Assembly (NCBI GenBank): GCA_951406725.2
Contig: OX597818.1
Span: 51,708,001 to 51,772,000, forward strand
Source: Octopus vulgaris
Taxonomy: Eukaryota
Length of the DNA stretch: 64,000 nucleotides
Direction of reading: 5' to 3'
Shown here: positions 40,011 through 55,000 of the stretch, piece after piece
How the letters are laid out: each line of letters begins with the position of its first letter
Numbering within the stretch: position 1 is the first letter of the stretch
Made by a program: the position numbers and the translations under genes
Notes under the pieces: model-generated
Told to the model about the DNA's origin: nothing
The model's input: the letters and a program-made list of their open reading frames with translations, nothing else
Databases searched by the model: none

Positions 40011-43000
40011 CAAGCCAAATAGCCAACCCAAAAAGCAAACCAAAATAGCCGAGCCAAATACCCAAGCCAAATAGCCAAGCCAAATAGCCAACCCAAATAC
40101 CCAAGCCAAGCCAAGCCAAATAGCCAAGTCAAATAGCCAACCCAAATACACTAGCCAAGCCAAATAGTCAAGCCAAAGAACCTAGCCAAGTCAAATAGCC
40201 AACCCAAATAACCTAGCCAAGCAAAATACACTAGCCAAGCCAAATAGCCAACTCAAATAGCACGCAGATACACTAGCCAAGCCAAAAAGCCAACCCAAAT
40301 ACACTAGCCAACCCAAGTATTCAACCCAAATAGCCAACCCAAATAGCCAACACAAATCGCCAAGCTAAATACCCTAGCGAAGCCAAATAGCTATGCTAAA
40401 TAGTCAAACCAAATACGATAGCCAACCAAAATAGCCAACCCAAATAGCAAACGAAAATAGCCAACCCAAATAGCCTAGCAAATAGCCAACCCAAAGAGCC
40501 AACCCAAATAGCCAAGACAAATACCCAAGCCAAGTCAAATAGCCAACCCAAATCGCCAAGAAAAATAGCCAACCCAAATACACTAGCCAACTCAAATAGC
40601 AAAGCCAAATAGCCAACCCAAATACCCTAGCCAACCCAAAAAGACGAGCCAAATAGCCAAGCCAAATAGCCAACCCAAATAGCCAAGCCAAATAGCCAAC
40701 CCAAAAAGCCAACCCAAATAGCCAACCCAAATACCATAGCCAAGCCAAATAGCCAAACCAAATAACCTAGCCAAGCCAAATAGCCACCCAAATGCGATAG
40801 CCAAGCCAAATAGCCAACGCAAATAACCTAGCCAAGCCAAACAGCCAGGACATATAGCAAACACAAATACCCTAGCCAAACAAAATAGCCAAGCCAAATA
40901 GCCAACCCAAATACCCTAGCCAAGCCATATAGCCAAGCCAAATGGCGAACACAAATAGCCAAGCCAACCCAAGTATTCAACCCAAATAGCCAACCCAAAT
41001 AGCCAACACAAATAGCCAACCCAAATCGCAAAGCCAAATAACCATGCTAAATAGCCAAAGCAAATGCGCGAGCCAACCCAAAGAGCAATCCCATATAGCC
41101 AACCCAAATAGCAAACAAAAAGTAGCCAAGCCAAATACCCAAGCCAAATAGCCAACCCAAATAGCCAAGTCAAATAGATAAGCCAAAAAACCTAGCCAAG
41201 CCAAATAGCCACCCAAATACCATAGCCATGCCAAATAGCCAACGCAAATACCCTAGCCAAGCCAAATAGCCAGGCCATATAGCTAACCAAAATACACGAG
41301 CCAAGACAAATAGCCAAGCCAAATATGCAAGCCAAATAGCCAACCCAAATACCCTAGCCAAGCCAAATAGCCAAGCCAAATAGCCAACACAAATACCCTA
41401 GGGAAGCCAAATAGACAACCCAAATAATCTAGACAAGTAAAATAGCCAACCCAAATACCCAAGCCAAACCAAATATCCTATCCAAGCCTAAGAGCCAACA
41501 AAAATAGAAAAGCCTAATAGCCAACCAAAATAACGAAACAAAAAGCCAACAAAAATAGCCTAGACAAATAGCCAACCCAAATAGCCAAGCCAAATAGCCA
41601 ACACAAATAGCCAAGCCAAATAGCCAAGCCAAATAACCAACACAAATAGCAAACCCAAATAACCTAGCTAAGCCAAATAGCCAACCCAAATACCCTGGCC
41701 AAGACAAATAGACAATCCAAATAACCAAGTCAAATAGCCAACACAAATAGCCAACCCAAATAGCCAAGCAAAATAGCCAACCAAAATAGCAAGCCCAAAT
41801 AGCCAAGCCAAATAGCCAACGCAAATACACTGGCCAAGTCAAATAGTCAAGCCAAAGAACCTAGCCAAGTCAAATAGCCAACCCAAATAACCTAGCCAAG
41901 TCAAATAAACTAGCCAAGCCAAATAGCCAACCCAAAGAGATAAGCCAAATAGCCAACACAAATAGCACACACAGATACACTAGCCAACCCAAATAGCACA
42001 CGTAGATACCCTAGCCAATCCAAATAGCCAACCCAAATAGCCAACTCAAATAGCTAAACCAAATCGCCAAGCTAAATACCCTAGCGAAGCCAAATAGCCA
42101 TGTTAAATAGCCAAACCAAATACGATAGCGAACCCAAATAGCAAACAAAAACAGCCAACCCAAATAGCCAAGACAAATAGCTAACACAAATAGCCAAGCC
42201 AAATAGCTAAGTCAAAAAACCTAGCCAACACAAATAACCTAGCCAAGCCAAATAGCCAACCCATATACCCTAGCCAAGCGAAATAGCCACCCAAACACCA
42301 TAGCCAAGCCAACGCAAATACCCTAGCCAAGCCAAATAGCCAGGCCATATAGCCAACCCAAATACCTAGCCAAGACAAATAGCCAAGCCAAATAGCCAAG
42401 CCAAATAGCCAAGCCAAATTGCCAACACAAATACACTAGCGAAGACAAATAGTCAACACAAATACACTAGCCAAGCCAAATAGCCAACCCAAATAACATA
42501 GCCAAGCCAAATATTCTAGCCAAGCCTAATAGCCAAACCAAATACCCTAGCCAAGCGAAGTAGTCAAGCCAAATAGCCAACCGAAAAGCCATCCCAAATA
42601 GCCAACAAAATAGCCTAGCAAAAAAGCCAACCCAAAAAGCAAAGCCAAAAAGCCAACACAAATAGCGAAGCCAAATAGGCAACCCAAATAACCAACACAA
42701 AAAGCCAACCCAAATAACCTAGCCTAGCCAAATAGCCAACCCAAGTAGCCAACCCAAATAACCTGGCCAAGACAAATAGCCAACACAAATAGCTAACCCA
42801 AAAAGCCAACCGAAATAGCCAAGCAAAATAGCCAACCCAAATAGCAAGCCCAAATAGCCTAGGCAAATAGCCAACCCAAATAGCCAACCCAAATAGCCTA
42901 GCCAAATAGCCAACCCAAATAGCCAACCCAAATACGAAAGACAAATAGCCAACCCAAAAAGCCAAGCCAAATAGCAAACCCAAATAGCCAACCCAAATGC

Positions 43001-46000
43001 CAAACACAAATAGTCAACCCAAATAGCCAAGCCAAATAGCCAAGCCAAATAGCCTAGCCAAAAAGCTAAGCCAAATAGCCAACACAAATAGCCAAGCCAA
43101 ATAGCAAACCCAAAAAGCCGAACCAAATAGCCAACCCAAATAGCCAAGCCGAATAGACAACCCAAATAGGCAAGCAAAATAGCCAAGCCAAATAGCCAAA
43201 CCAAATAGCAAACCCAAATAGCTAACCCAAATAGCAAAGCCAAATAGCCAACCCAAATAGCAAACCCAAATAGCCAAGCCAAATAGCAAAACCAAATAGC
43301 CTAGCGAAAAAGCGAACCCAAATAGCCAAGACAAAAAGCCAACCGAAATTGCCAAGCCAAATAGCCAACCGAAATAGTCAAACCATATAAGAAACCCAAA
43401 TGGCCAACTCAAATAGCCAATCTAAATAGCCTAGCCAAAAAGCCAACCCACATAGCCAAGTGAAATAGACAATACAAATAGCCAAGCCAAATAGCCGACA
43501 AAAATTGCCAAGCAAAATAAATAGTCAACCAAAATAGCCAACCGAAATAGTTAACCCAAATAACAAACCCAAATAGCCAACCTAAAAAGCTAAGCCAAAT
43601 AGCCAAGAAAAATAGCCAACCAAAATAACCTACCGAAATAGTCAACACAAAAAAAACACCCAAATAGCCAACACAAATAGCCAACCCTAATAGCCAAACA
43701 AAATTGCCAAGCCAAATGGACCACCCAAATAGCCAACCGAAATAGTCAACCCAAATAGCCTAGACAAATAGCCAAGCCAAATAGCCAACCCAAATAGCAA
43801 ATCCAAATAGCCAACCCAAATAGCCAAGCAAAATAGCCAACCCAAATAGCCAACCGAAATAGCCTAGCCAAATAGCCAAGCAAAATAGCAAAGCCAAAAA
43901 GCAAATCCAAATAGACAACCCAAATAGCCAACCCAAATAGCCAACCCAAATAGCCTAGCCAAATAGCCAACCCAAATAGCCAACCCAAATACGAAAGACA
44001 AATAGCCAACCCAAAAAGCCAAGCCAAATAGCAAACCCAAATAGCCAACCCAAATGCCAAACACAAATAGTCAACCCAAATAGCCAAGCCAAATAGCCTA
44101 GCCAAAAAGCTAAGCCAAATAGCCAACACAAATAGCCAAGCCAAATAGCAAACCCCAAAAGCCGAACCAAATAGCCAACCCAAATAGCCAAGCCGAATAG
44201 ACAACCCAAATAGGCAAGCAAAATAGCCAAGCCAAATAGCAAACCCAAATAGCTAACCCAAATAGCAAAGCCAAATAGCCAACCCAAAAAGCGAACCCAA
44301 ATAGCCAAGACAAAAAGCCAACCGAAAAAGCCAAGCCAAATAGCCAACCGAAATAGTCAAACCATATAAGAAACCCAAATGGCCAACTCAAATAGCCAAT
44401 CTAAATAGCTTAGCCAAAAAGCCAACCCAAATAGCCAAGTGAAATAGACAATACAAATAGCCAAGCCAAATAGCCAACAAAAATTGCCAAGCAAAATAGT
44501 CAACCAAAATAGCCAACCGAAAATAGTTAACCCAAATAACAAACCCAAATAGCCAACCTAAAAAGCTAAGCCAAATAGCCAAGAAAAATAGCCAACCAAA
44601 ATAACCTACCGAAATAGTCAACACAAAAAGAAACACCCAAATAGCCAACACAAATAGCCAACCCAAATAGCCTAGACAAATAGCCAAGCCAAATAGCCAA
44701 CCCAAATAGCAGACCCAAATAGCCAAGCCAAATAGCCAAGCCAAATATCCAACCCAAATACCCTGGCCAAGACAAATAGACAATCCAAATAACCAAGTCA
44801 AATAGCCAACAAAAATAGCCAACACAAATAGCCAACCCAAATGGCCAACCAAAATAGCCTAGCCAAATAGCTAAGCCGAATAGCTAACCCAAATAGCAAA
44901 CCTAAATAGCAAACCCAAATAGCAAACCCAAACAGCCAACCCAAATATCCTAGCCAAATAGTCAACCCAAATAGCAAACACAAATAGCCAAGCCAATTAG
45001 CCAACTAAAATAGCCAACCAAAATAACCAAGCCAAATACACAACTCAAAAAGCAAACCCAAATAGCTAAGCCAAATAGCCAACTCAAATAGCAAAACCAA
45101 ATAGCCAAACCAAATAGCCAACCCAAAGAGCAAACCCAAATAGGAAACACAAATAGCCAACCCAAATAGCAAAGCCAAATAGCGAACTCAAATAGCAAAC
45201 CAAAATAGCTAACCCAAATAACCTAGCCAAATAGCCAAGCCAAATAGCCACGCCAAATAGTCAACCCATATAGCAAACACAAATAGCACACCCAAATAGC
45301 CAACCCAAATAGCCTAGCCAAATAGCTAAGCCAAAGAGCTAACCCAAATAGCCAACCCAGATAGCCAACCCAAATAGCCAACCCAAAGAGCAAAGCCAAA
45401 TAGCCAACACAAATAGCACACCCTAATAGCCAACCAAATATGCCAAGCCAAATAGCCAACCGAAATAGTCAACCCAAATAGCCAATCCAAATAGCCAAGC
45501 CAAATAGCCAACTCAAATAACAAACCCAAATAGCCAGCCCAAATAGCAAACCCAAATAGCCAAGAAAAATAGCGAACACAAGTATCCAACCCAAATAGCA
45601 ATCACAAAGAGCCAACCCAAATAAACAAGAAAAATAGCCAAGCCAAATAGCAAACACAAATGGCCAAGCCAAATAGCCAAGCCAAATAGCCAAGCCAAAT
45701 AGCAAAACCAAATACCCAACCCTAATACCCAAAGAAAATAGCCAACCCAAAAACCCAACCTAAATATTCAACACAAATAGCCTAGCCAAATAGCCAACCC
45801 AAATAGCAGACCCAAATAGCCAACCCAAATAGCCAAGCCAAATAGCCATCTCAAATAGCCAACCCAAATAGCCAACCCAAAAAGCAAAGCCAAATAGTCA
45901 ACCGAAATAACACACCCAAATAGCCAACCCAAATAGCTTAGCCGAATAGCCAACCTAAATAGCAAACCCAATGAGCCAACCCAAATATCCTAGCCAAATA

Positions 46001-49000
46001 GTCAACCCAAATAACAAACACAAATACCCAAGCCAATTAGACAACTCAAATAGCAATAGCCAACCCAAATAGCCAAGCCAAAAACACAACACAATAAGCA
46101 AACCCAAATAGCCAATCCAAATAGCGAAGCCAAATAGCCAACTCAAATAGCAAAACCATATAGCAAACCCAAATATCCTAGCCAAATAGTCAACCGAAAT
46201 AACAAACACAAATAGCCAAGCCAATTAGCCAACTCAAATAGCCAACCCAAATAGCCAAGCCAAATACACAACTCAAAAAGCAAGCCCAAATAGCCAACTC
46301 AAATAGCGAAGCCACATAGCCAACTCAAATGGCAAAACCAAATAGCCAACCCAAATAGACTAGCCAAATAGCGAAGTCAAATAGACAACTCAAATAGCAA
46401 AACCATATAGCACACCCAAATATCCTAGCCAAATAGTCAACCCAAATAACAAACACAAATAGCCAAGCCAATTAGCCAACTCAAATAGCCAACACAAATA
46501 GCCAAGCCAAATACACAACTCAAAAAGCAAGCCCAAATAGCTAACTCAAATAGCGAAGCCACATAGCCAACTCAAATAGCAAAACCAAATAGCCAACCCA
46601 AATAGACTAGCCAAATAGCTAAGCCAAATAGCGAACCCAAATAGCAAACCAAAATAGCCAACCCAAATAGTCTAGCCAAATAGCCCAGCCAAAATAAACA
46701 CGCCAAATAGTCAACCCAAATAGCCAACAAAAATAGCAAAGACAAATAGCAGAGCCAAATAGCCAAGCCAAATAGCCAAGCCAAATACCCAACACAAATA
46801 GCAAACACAAAGAGCCAACCCAAAAAGCCTCGTCAAATAGCCAAGCAAAATTGCCAAGCCAAATAGCCAACAAAAATAGTCAACCCAAATAGCAAACCCA
46901 AATAGACAAGCCAAATAGCCAAGCCAAACAGCCAACTCAAATAGCCAACCCTAATAGCCAAGGAAAATAGCCAACTCAAATAGCAAACGCAAATAGCCAA
47001 CTCAAATAGCTTAGCCAAATAGCCAACTCAAATAGCTTAGCCAAATAGCCAAGCCAAACAGCCAACCCAAATAGCAACCACTAATAGCCAAGCCAAATAG
47101 CCAACCAAAATTGCCAAGCGAAATAGCCAAGCCAAATAGCCAACCGAAAAAGCAAACACAAATAGCCAGGCAAAAAAGCCAAGCCAAATAGCCAAGCCAA
47201 ATAGCAAAATAAATCAAATAGCCAACCCAAATAGCCAACATAAATAGACAACCCAAATGGCCAACCCAAATATCCTAGCCAAGTACTCAACCCAAATAGC
47301 AAACACAAATAGCCAAGCCAATTAGCCAACTCAAGTAGTTAACCAAAATACCCAAGCCAAATACACAAATCAAAAAGGTAACCCAAATAGCCAACCCAAA
47401 CAGCCAACCAAAATAGCCAACCCAAATAGCCAACCCAAATAGCCAAGCCAAATAGCAAAGCGAAATAGCCAACTCAAATAGCAAACCAAAATAGCTAACC
47501 CAAATAGCCTAGCCAAAGAGCCAAGCCAGAAAGCCACGCCAAATAGTCAACCGAAATAGCCAACCCAAATAGCCTAGCCAAATAGCTAAGCCAAATAGCT
47601 AACCCATACAGCAAACCTAAATAGCAAACCCAAATAGCAAACACAAACAGCCAACCCAAATATCCTAGCCAAATAGTCAACCCAAATAACAAACACAAAT
47701 ATCGAAGCCAATTAGCCAACTCAAATAGCCAACCCAAATAGCCAAGCCAAATACACAACTCAAAAAGCAAACCCAAATAGCCAACCCAAATAGCGAAGCC
47801 AGCAAAACCAAATAGCCAACCCAAATAGCCAACCCAAATAGCCAACCCAAATAGACTAGCCAAATAGCTAAGCCAAATAACCAACCAAAACAGCCAACCC
47901 AAATAGCCTAGCCAAACAGCCAAGCCAAATAGCCACTCCAAAAAGTCAACCCAAATAGCCAACACAAATAGCAAAGACAAATAGCCAATCCAAATAGCCA
48001 AGCATAATAGCCAAGTCAAATAGCCAAGCCAAATAGCCAAGTTAAATACCCAACACAAATAGCAAACACAAATAGCCAACCCAAATAGCCACCCCCAAAA
48101 CCCAACCCAAATAGCGTCGCCAAATAGCGAAGCCAAACAGCCAACGCGAATAGCAAACCGAAAAAACCAACCCAAATACCCTAGCCAAATAGCCAACCCA
48201 AATAGCCAACAAAATTGCCAAGCCAAATAGCCAAGCCTAATAGCCAACAAAAATAATCAACCCAAATAGCCAGCCAAAAAAGCCAAGCCAAATAGCCAAG
48301 CCAAATAGCAAACCCAAATAGCCAACCCAAATAGCCAACCCAAATATCCTAGCCAAGTACTCAACCCAAATAGCAAACACAAATAGCCAAGCCAATTAGC
48401 CAACTAAAATAGCCAATTCAAATAACCAAGCCAAATACACGACTCAAAAAGCAAACCAAAATAGCGAAGCCAAATAGACTAGCCAAATAGCTAAGTCAAA
48501 TAGCCAACCCAAATAGCAAACCCAAAGAGCAAACCAAAATAGGAAACACAAATAGCTAACCCAAATAGCAAAGCCAAATAGCCAACCCAAATAGCCAGCC
48601 CAAATAGACTAGCCAAATAGCTAGGCCAAATAGCCAACCCAAATAGCCTACCCAAATAGCAAACCCAAATAGGAAACACAAATAGCCAAGTCAAATAGCA
48701 AATCAAAATAGCTAACCCAAATAGCCTAGCCAAATAGTCAACCCAAATAGCCAGGTCAAATAGAAAAACCAAATAGCCAACCCAAATGGCGAGCCCAAAT
48801 AGACTAGCCAAATAGCTAAGTCAAATAGCCAACCGAAATAGCCAAGCCAAATAGCCAAGCCAAGTAGCAAAGCCAAATAGCCAACTCAAATAGCAAATAG
48901 CCTAGCCAAATAGCTAAGCCAAATAGCTAACCCAAATAGCAAACCTAAATAGCAAACCCAAATAGCAAACCCAAACAGCCAACCCAAATATCCTAGCCAA

Positions 49001-52000
49001 ATAGTCAACCCAAATAACAAACACAAATAGCCAACTCAAATAGCGAAGCCAAATAGCCAACTCAAATAGCAAAACCAAATAGCCAACCCAAATAGAATAG
49101 CCAAATAGCTAAGCCAAATAGCCAACCCAAATAGCGAACCAAAGCAGCCAACCCAAATAGCCTAGCCAAATAGCCAAGTCAAATAGCTACGCCAAAAAGT
49201 CAACCCAAATAGCCAACACAAATAGCAAAGACAAATTGCCAACACAAATAGCCAAGCCAAATAGACTAGCTAAATAGCCAAGAAAAATAGTCAACCCAAA
49301 TAGCCAGCAAAAATGCCAAGCCAAATATCCAAGCAAAACAGGAAACAAGCGAATAGCAAACCCAAATAGCCAACCCAAATACCCTAGCCAAATAGCCAAC
49401 CCAAATTGCCAAGCCAAAGAGCCAAGCCAAATAGCCAAGAAAAATAGTCAACCCAAATAGCCAGCAAAAAAGCCAAGCCAAATATCCAAGCCAAACAGCA
49501 AACCCAAATAGCCAACCCAAATAGCCAACCCAAATATCCTAGCCAAGTACTCAACCCAAATAGCAAACACAAATAGCCAAGCCAATTAGCCAACTAAAAT
49601 AGCCAACCCAAATACCCAAGCCAAATACACAACTGAAAAAGCAAACCCAAATAGCCAACCCAAATAGCCAACCCAAATAGCAAACCCAAATAGCAAACCC
49701 AAATAGGAAACACAAATAGCCAATCCAAATAGCCAACCCAAATAGCAAAGCCAAATAGCCAACTCAAATAGCAAACCAAAATAGCTAACCCAAATAGCCT
49801 AGCCAAATAGCTAAGCCAAATAGCCAACCCAAATAGCCAACCCAAATAGCAAACCTAAATAGGAAACACAAATAGCCAATCCAAATAGCCAACCCAAATA
49901 GCAAAGCCAAATAGCCAACTCAAATAGCAAACCAAAATAGCTAACCCAAATAGCTAAGCCAAATAGCCAAGCCAAATAGCCACGCCAAATAGTCAGCCCA
50001 AATAGCAAACACAAATAGCCAACCCAAATAGCCAAGCCAAAGAGCAAAGCCAAATAGCAAACCCAAATAGCTAACCCTAATAGAAAACGAAAATAGCCAA
50101 CTCAAAAACCCAACCGAAATAGGCAACCCAAATAGCAATCCAAAATAGCCAACTCAAATAGCCAACCCAAATAGCCAAGCCAAATACACAACTGAAAAAG
50201 CAAACCCAAATAGCCAACCCAAATAGCCAACCCAAATAACAAACCCAAATAGCAAACCCAAATAGGAAACACAAATAGCCAATCCAAATAGCCAACCCAA
50301 ATAGCAAAGCCAAATAGCCAACTCAAATAGCAAACCAAAATAGCTAACCCAAATAGCCTAGCCAAATAGCTAAGCCAAATAGCCAACCCAAATAGCCAAC
50401 CCAAATAGCAAACCCAAATAGGAAACACAAATAGCCAATCCAAATAGCAAAGCCAAATAGCCAACTCAAATAGCAAACCAAAATAGCTAACCCAAATAGC
50501 TAAGCCAAATAGCCAAGCCAAATAGCCACGCCAAATAGTCAGCCCAAATAGCAAACACAAATAGCCAACCCAAATAGCCAAGCCAAAGAGCAAAGCCAAA
50601 TAGCAAACCCAAATAGCTAACCCTAATAGAAAACGAAAATAGCCAACTCAAAAACCCAACCGAAATAGGCAACCCAAATAGCAATCCAAAATAGCCAACT
50701 CAAATAGCCAACCCAAATAGCCAACTCAAATAGCCAACCGAAATAGCCAAGCCAAATAGCCAAGCCAAATAGCCAGGCCAAATAGTCAACCCAAATAGCC
50801 AACCCAAATAGCCTAGCCAAATAGCTAAGCCAAATAGCTAACCCAAATAGCAAACCTAAATAGCAAACCTAAATAGCAAACCCAAACAGCCAACCCAAAT
50901 ATCCTAGCCAAATAGTCAACCCAAATAACAAACACAAATAGCCAAGCTAATTAGCCAACTCAAATAGCCAACCCAAATAGCCAAGCCAAATACACAACTC
51001 AAAAAGCAAACCAAAAAAGCCAAACCAAATATCGAATCCAAATAGCCAACTCAAATAGCAAAACCAAATATTCAACCCAAATAGCCAACCCAAATAGACT
51101 AGCCAAATAGCTAAGCCAAATAGCCAACCCAAATAGCCAACCAAAACAGCCAACCCAAATAGCCTAGCCAAATAGCCAAGCCAAATAGCCACGCCAAATA
51201 GTCAACACAAATATCCAACACAAATAGCCAACTCAAATAGCAAACCAAAATAGCTAACCCAAATAGCCTAGCCAAATAGTCAACCCAAATAGCCAGGTCA
51301 AATAGAAAAACCAAATAGCCAACCCAAATGGCGAGCCCAAATAGACTAGCCAAATAGCTAAGTCAAATAGCCAACCGAAATAGCCAAGCCAAATAGCCAA
51401 GCCAAGTAGCAAAGCCAAATAGCCAACTCAAATAGCCAACCCAAATAGCCTAGCCAAATAGCTAAGCCAAATAGCTAACCCAAATAGCAAACCTAAATAG
51501 CAAACCCAAATAGCAAACCCAAACAGCCAACCCAAATATCCTAGCCAAATAGTCAACCCAAATAACAAACACAAATAGCCAACTCAAATAGCGAAGCCAA
51601 ATAGCCAACTCAAATAGCAAAACCAAATAGCCAACCCAAATAGAATAGCCAAATAGCTAAGCCAAATAGCCAACCCAAATAGCGAACCAAAGCAGCCAAC
51701 CCAAATAGCCTAGCCAAATAGCCAAGTCAAATAGCTACGCCAAAAAGTCAACCCAAATAGCCAACACAAATAGCAAAGACAAATTGCCAACACAAATAGC
51801 CAAGCCAAATAGACTAGCTAAATAGCCAAGAAAAATAGTCAACCCAAATAGCCAGCAAAAATGCCAAGCCAAATATCCAAGCAAAACAGGAAACAAGCGA
51901 ATAGCAAACCCAAATAGCCAACCCAAATACCCTAGCCAAATAGCCAACCCAAATTGCCAAGCCAAAGAGCCAAGCCAAATAGCCAAGAAAAATAGTCAAC

Positions 52001-55000
52001 CCAAATAGCCAGCAAAAAAGCCAAGCCAAATATCCAAGCCAAACAGCAAACCCAAATAGCCAACCCAAATAGCCAACCCAAATATCCTAGCCAAGTACTC
52101 AACCCAAATAGCAAACACAAATAGCCAAGCCAATTAGCCAACTAAAATACAACCCAAATACCCAAGCCAAATACACAACTGAAAAAGCAAACCCAAATAG
52201 CCAACCCAAATAGCCAACCCAAATAGCAAACCCAAATAGCAAACCCAAATAGGAAACACAAATAGCCAATCCAAATAGCCAACCCAAATAGCAAAGCCAA
52301 ATAGCCAACTCAAATAGCAAACCAAAATAGCTAACCCAAATAGCCTAGCCAAATAGCTAAGCCAAATAGCCAACCCAAATAGCCAACCCAAATAGCAAAC
52401 CTAAATAGGAAACACAAATAGCCAATCCAAATAGCCAACCCAAATAGCAAAGCCAAATAGCCAACTCAAATAGCAAACCAAAATAGCTAACCCAAATAGC
52501 TAAGCCAAATAGCCAAGCCAAATAGCCACGCCAAATAGTCAGCCCAAATAGCAAACACAAATAGCCAACCCAAATAGCCAAGCCAAAGAGCAAAGCCAAA
52601 TAGCAAACCCAAATAGCTAACCCTAATAGAAAACGAAAATAGCCAACTCAAAAACCCAACCGAAATAGGCAACCCAAATAGCAATCCAAAATAGCCAACT
52701 CAAATAGCCAACCCAAATAGCCAAGCCAAATACACAACTGAAAAAGCAAACCCAAATAGCCAACCCAAATAGCCAACCCAAATAACAAACCCAAATAGCA
52801 AACCCAAATAGGAAACACAAATAGCCAATCCAAATAGCCAACCCAAATAGCAAAGCCAAATAGCCAACTCAAATAGCAAACCAAAATAGCTAACCCAAAT
52901 AGCCTAGCCAAATAGCTAAGCCAAATAGCCAACCCAAATAGCCAACCCAAATAGCAAACCCAAATAGGAAACACAAATAGCCAATCCAAATAGCCAACCC
53001 AAATAGCAAAGCCAAATAGCCAACTCAAATAGCAAACCAAAATAGCTAACCCAAATAGCTAAGCCAAATAGCCAAGCCAAATAGCCACGCCAAATAGTCA
53101 GCCCAAATAGCAAACACAAATAGCCAACCCAAATAGCCAAGCCAAAGAGCAAAGCCAAATAGCAAACCCAAATAGCTAACCCTAATAGAAAACGAAAATA
53201 GCCAACTCAAAAACCCAACCGAAATAGGCAACCCAAATAGCAATCCAAAATAGCCAACTCAAATAGCCAACCCAAATAGCCAACTCAAATAGCCAACCGA
53301 AATAGCCAAGCCAAATAGCCAAGTCAAATAGCCAGGCCAAATAGTCAACCCAAATAGCCAACCCAAATAGCCTAGCCAAATAGCTAAGCCAAATAGCTAA
53401 CCCAAATAGCAAACCTAAATAGCAAACCTAAATAGCAAACCCAAACAGCCAACCCAAATATCCTAGCCAAATAGTCAACCCAAATAACAAACACAAATAG
53501 CCAAGCTAATTAGCCAACTCAAATAGCCAACCCAAATAGCCAAGCCAAATACACAACTCAAAAAGCAAACCCAAAAAGCCAAACCAAATATCGAATCCAA
53601 ATAGCCAACTCAAATAGCAAAACCAAATATTCAACCCAAATAGCCAACCCAAATAGACTAGCCAAATAGCTAAGCCAAATAGCCAACCCAAATAGCCAAC
53701 CAAAACAGCCAACCCAAATAGCCTAGCCAAATAGCCAAGCCAAATAGCCACGCCAAATAGTCAACCCAAATATCCAACACAAATAGCCAACTCAAATAGC
53801 AAACCAAAATAGCTAACCCAAATAGCTTAGCCAAATAGCTAAGCCAAATAGCCAAGCCAAATAGCCACGCCAAATAGCAAACCCAAATAGCCAACCCTAA
53901 TAGGAAACGAAAATAGCCAACTCAAAAACCCAACCGAAATAGTCAACCCAAAAAAGCCTAGCCAAATAGCCAAATACCATAGCCAACCCAAATAGCAATC
54001 CAAAATAGCCAACTCAAATAGCCAAGCCAAATAGCCAACTCAAATAGCCAACCGAAATAGCCAAGCCAAATAGCCAAGCCAAATAGCCAGGCCAAATAGT
54101 CAACGCAAATAGCCAACCCAAATAGCCAACCCAAATAGCCTAGCCAAATAGCCAACCCAAATAGCAAACCTAAATAGCCAAGCCAAATACACAACTCAAA
54201 AGCAAACCCAAATAGCCAAACCAAATATCGAAGCCAAATAGCCAACTCAAATAGCAAAGCCAAATAGCCAACACAAATAGCCAACCCAAATGGACTAGCC
54301 AAATAGCTAAGCCAAATAGCCAAGCCAAATAGCCAACCAAAACAGCCAACCCAAATAGCCTAGCCAAATAGCCAAGCCAAATAGCCACGCCAAATAGTCA
54401 ACCCAAATATCCAACACAAATAGCCAACTCAAATAGCAAACCAAAATAGCTAACCCAAATAGCCTAGCCAAATAGCTAAGCCAAATAGCCAAGCCAAATA
54501 GCCACGCCAAATAGCAAACCCAAATAGCCAACCCTAATAGGAAACGAAAATAGCCAACTCAAAAAACCCAACCGAAATAGTCAACCCAAAAAGCCTAGCC
54601 AAATAGCCAAATACCATAGCCAACCCAAATAGCAATCCAAAATAGCCAACTCAAATAGCCAACCCAAATAGCCAACTCAAATAGCCAACCGAAATAGCCA
54701 AGCCAAATAGCCAAGCCAAATAGCCAGGCCAAATAGTCAACGCAAATAGCCAAGCCAAATAGCCTAGCCAAATAGCTAAGCCAAATAGCTAACCCAAATA
54801 GCAAACCCAAATAGCAAACCCAAATAGCCAACCCAAATATCCTAGCCAAATAGACAACACAAATAGCCAAGCCAATTAGCCAACTCAAATAGCCAACCCA
54901 AATAGCCAAGCCAAATACACAACTCAAAAAGCAAACCCAAATAGCCAACTCAAATAGCAAAGCCAAATAGCCAACTCAAATAGCAAAACCAAATATTCAA

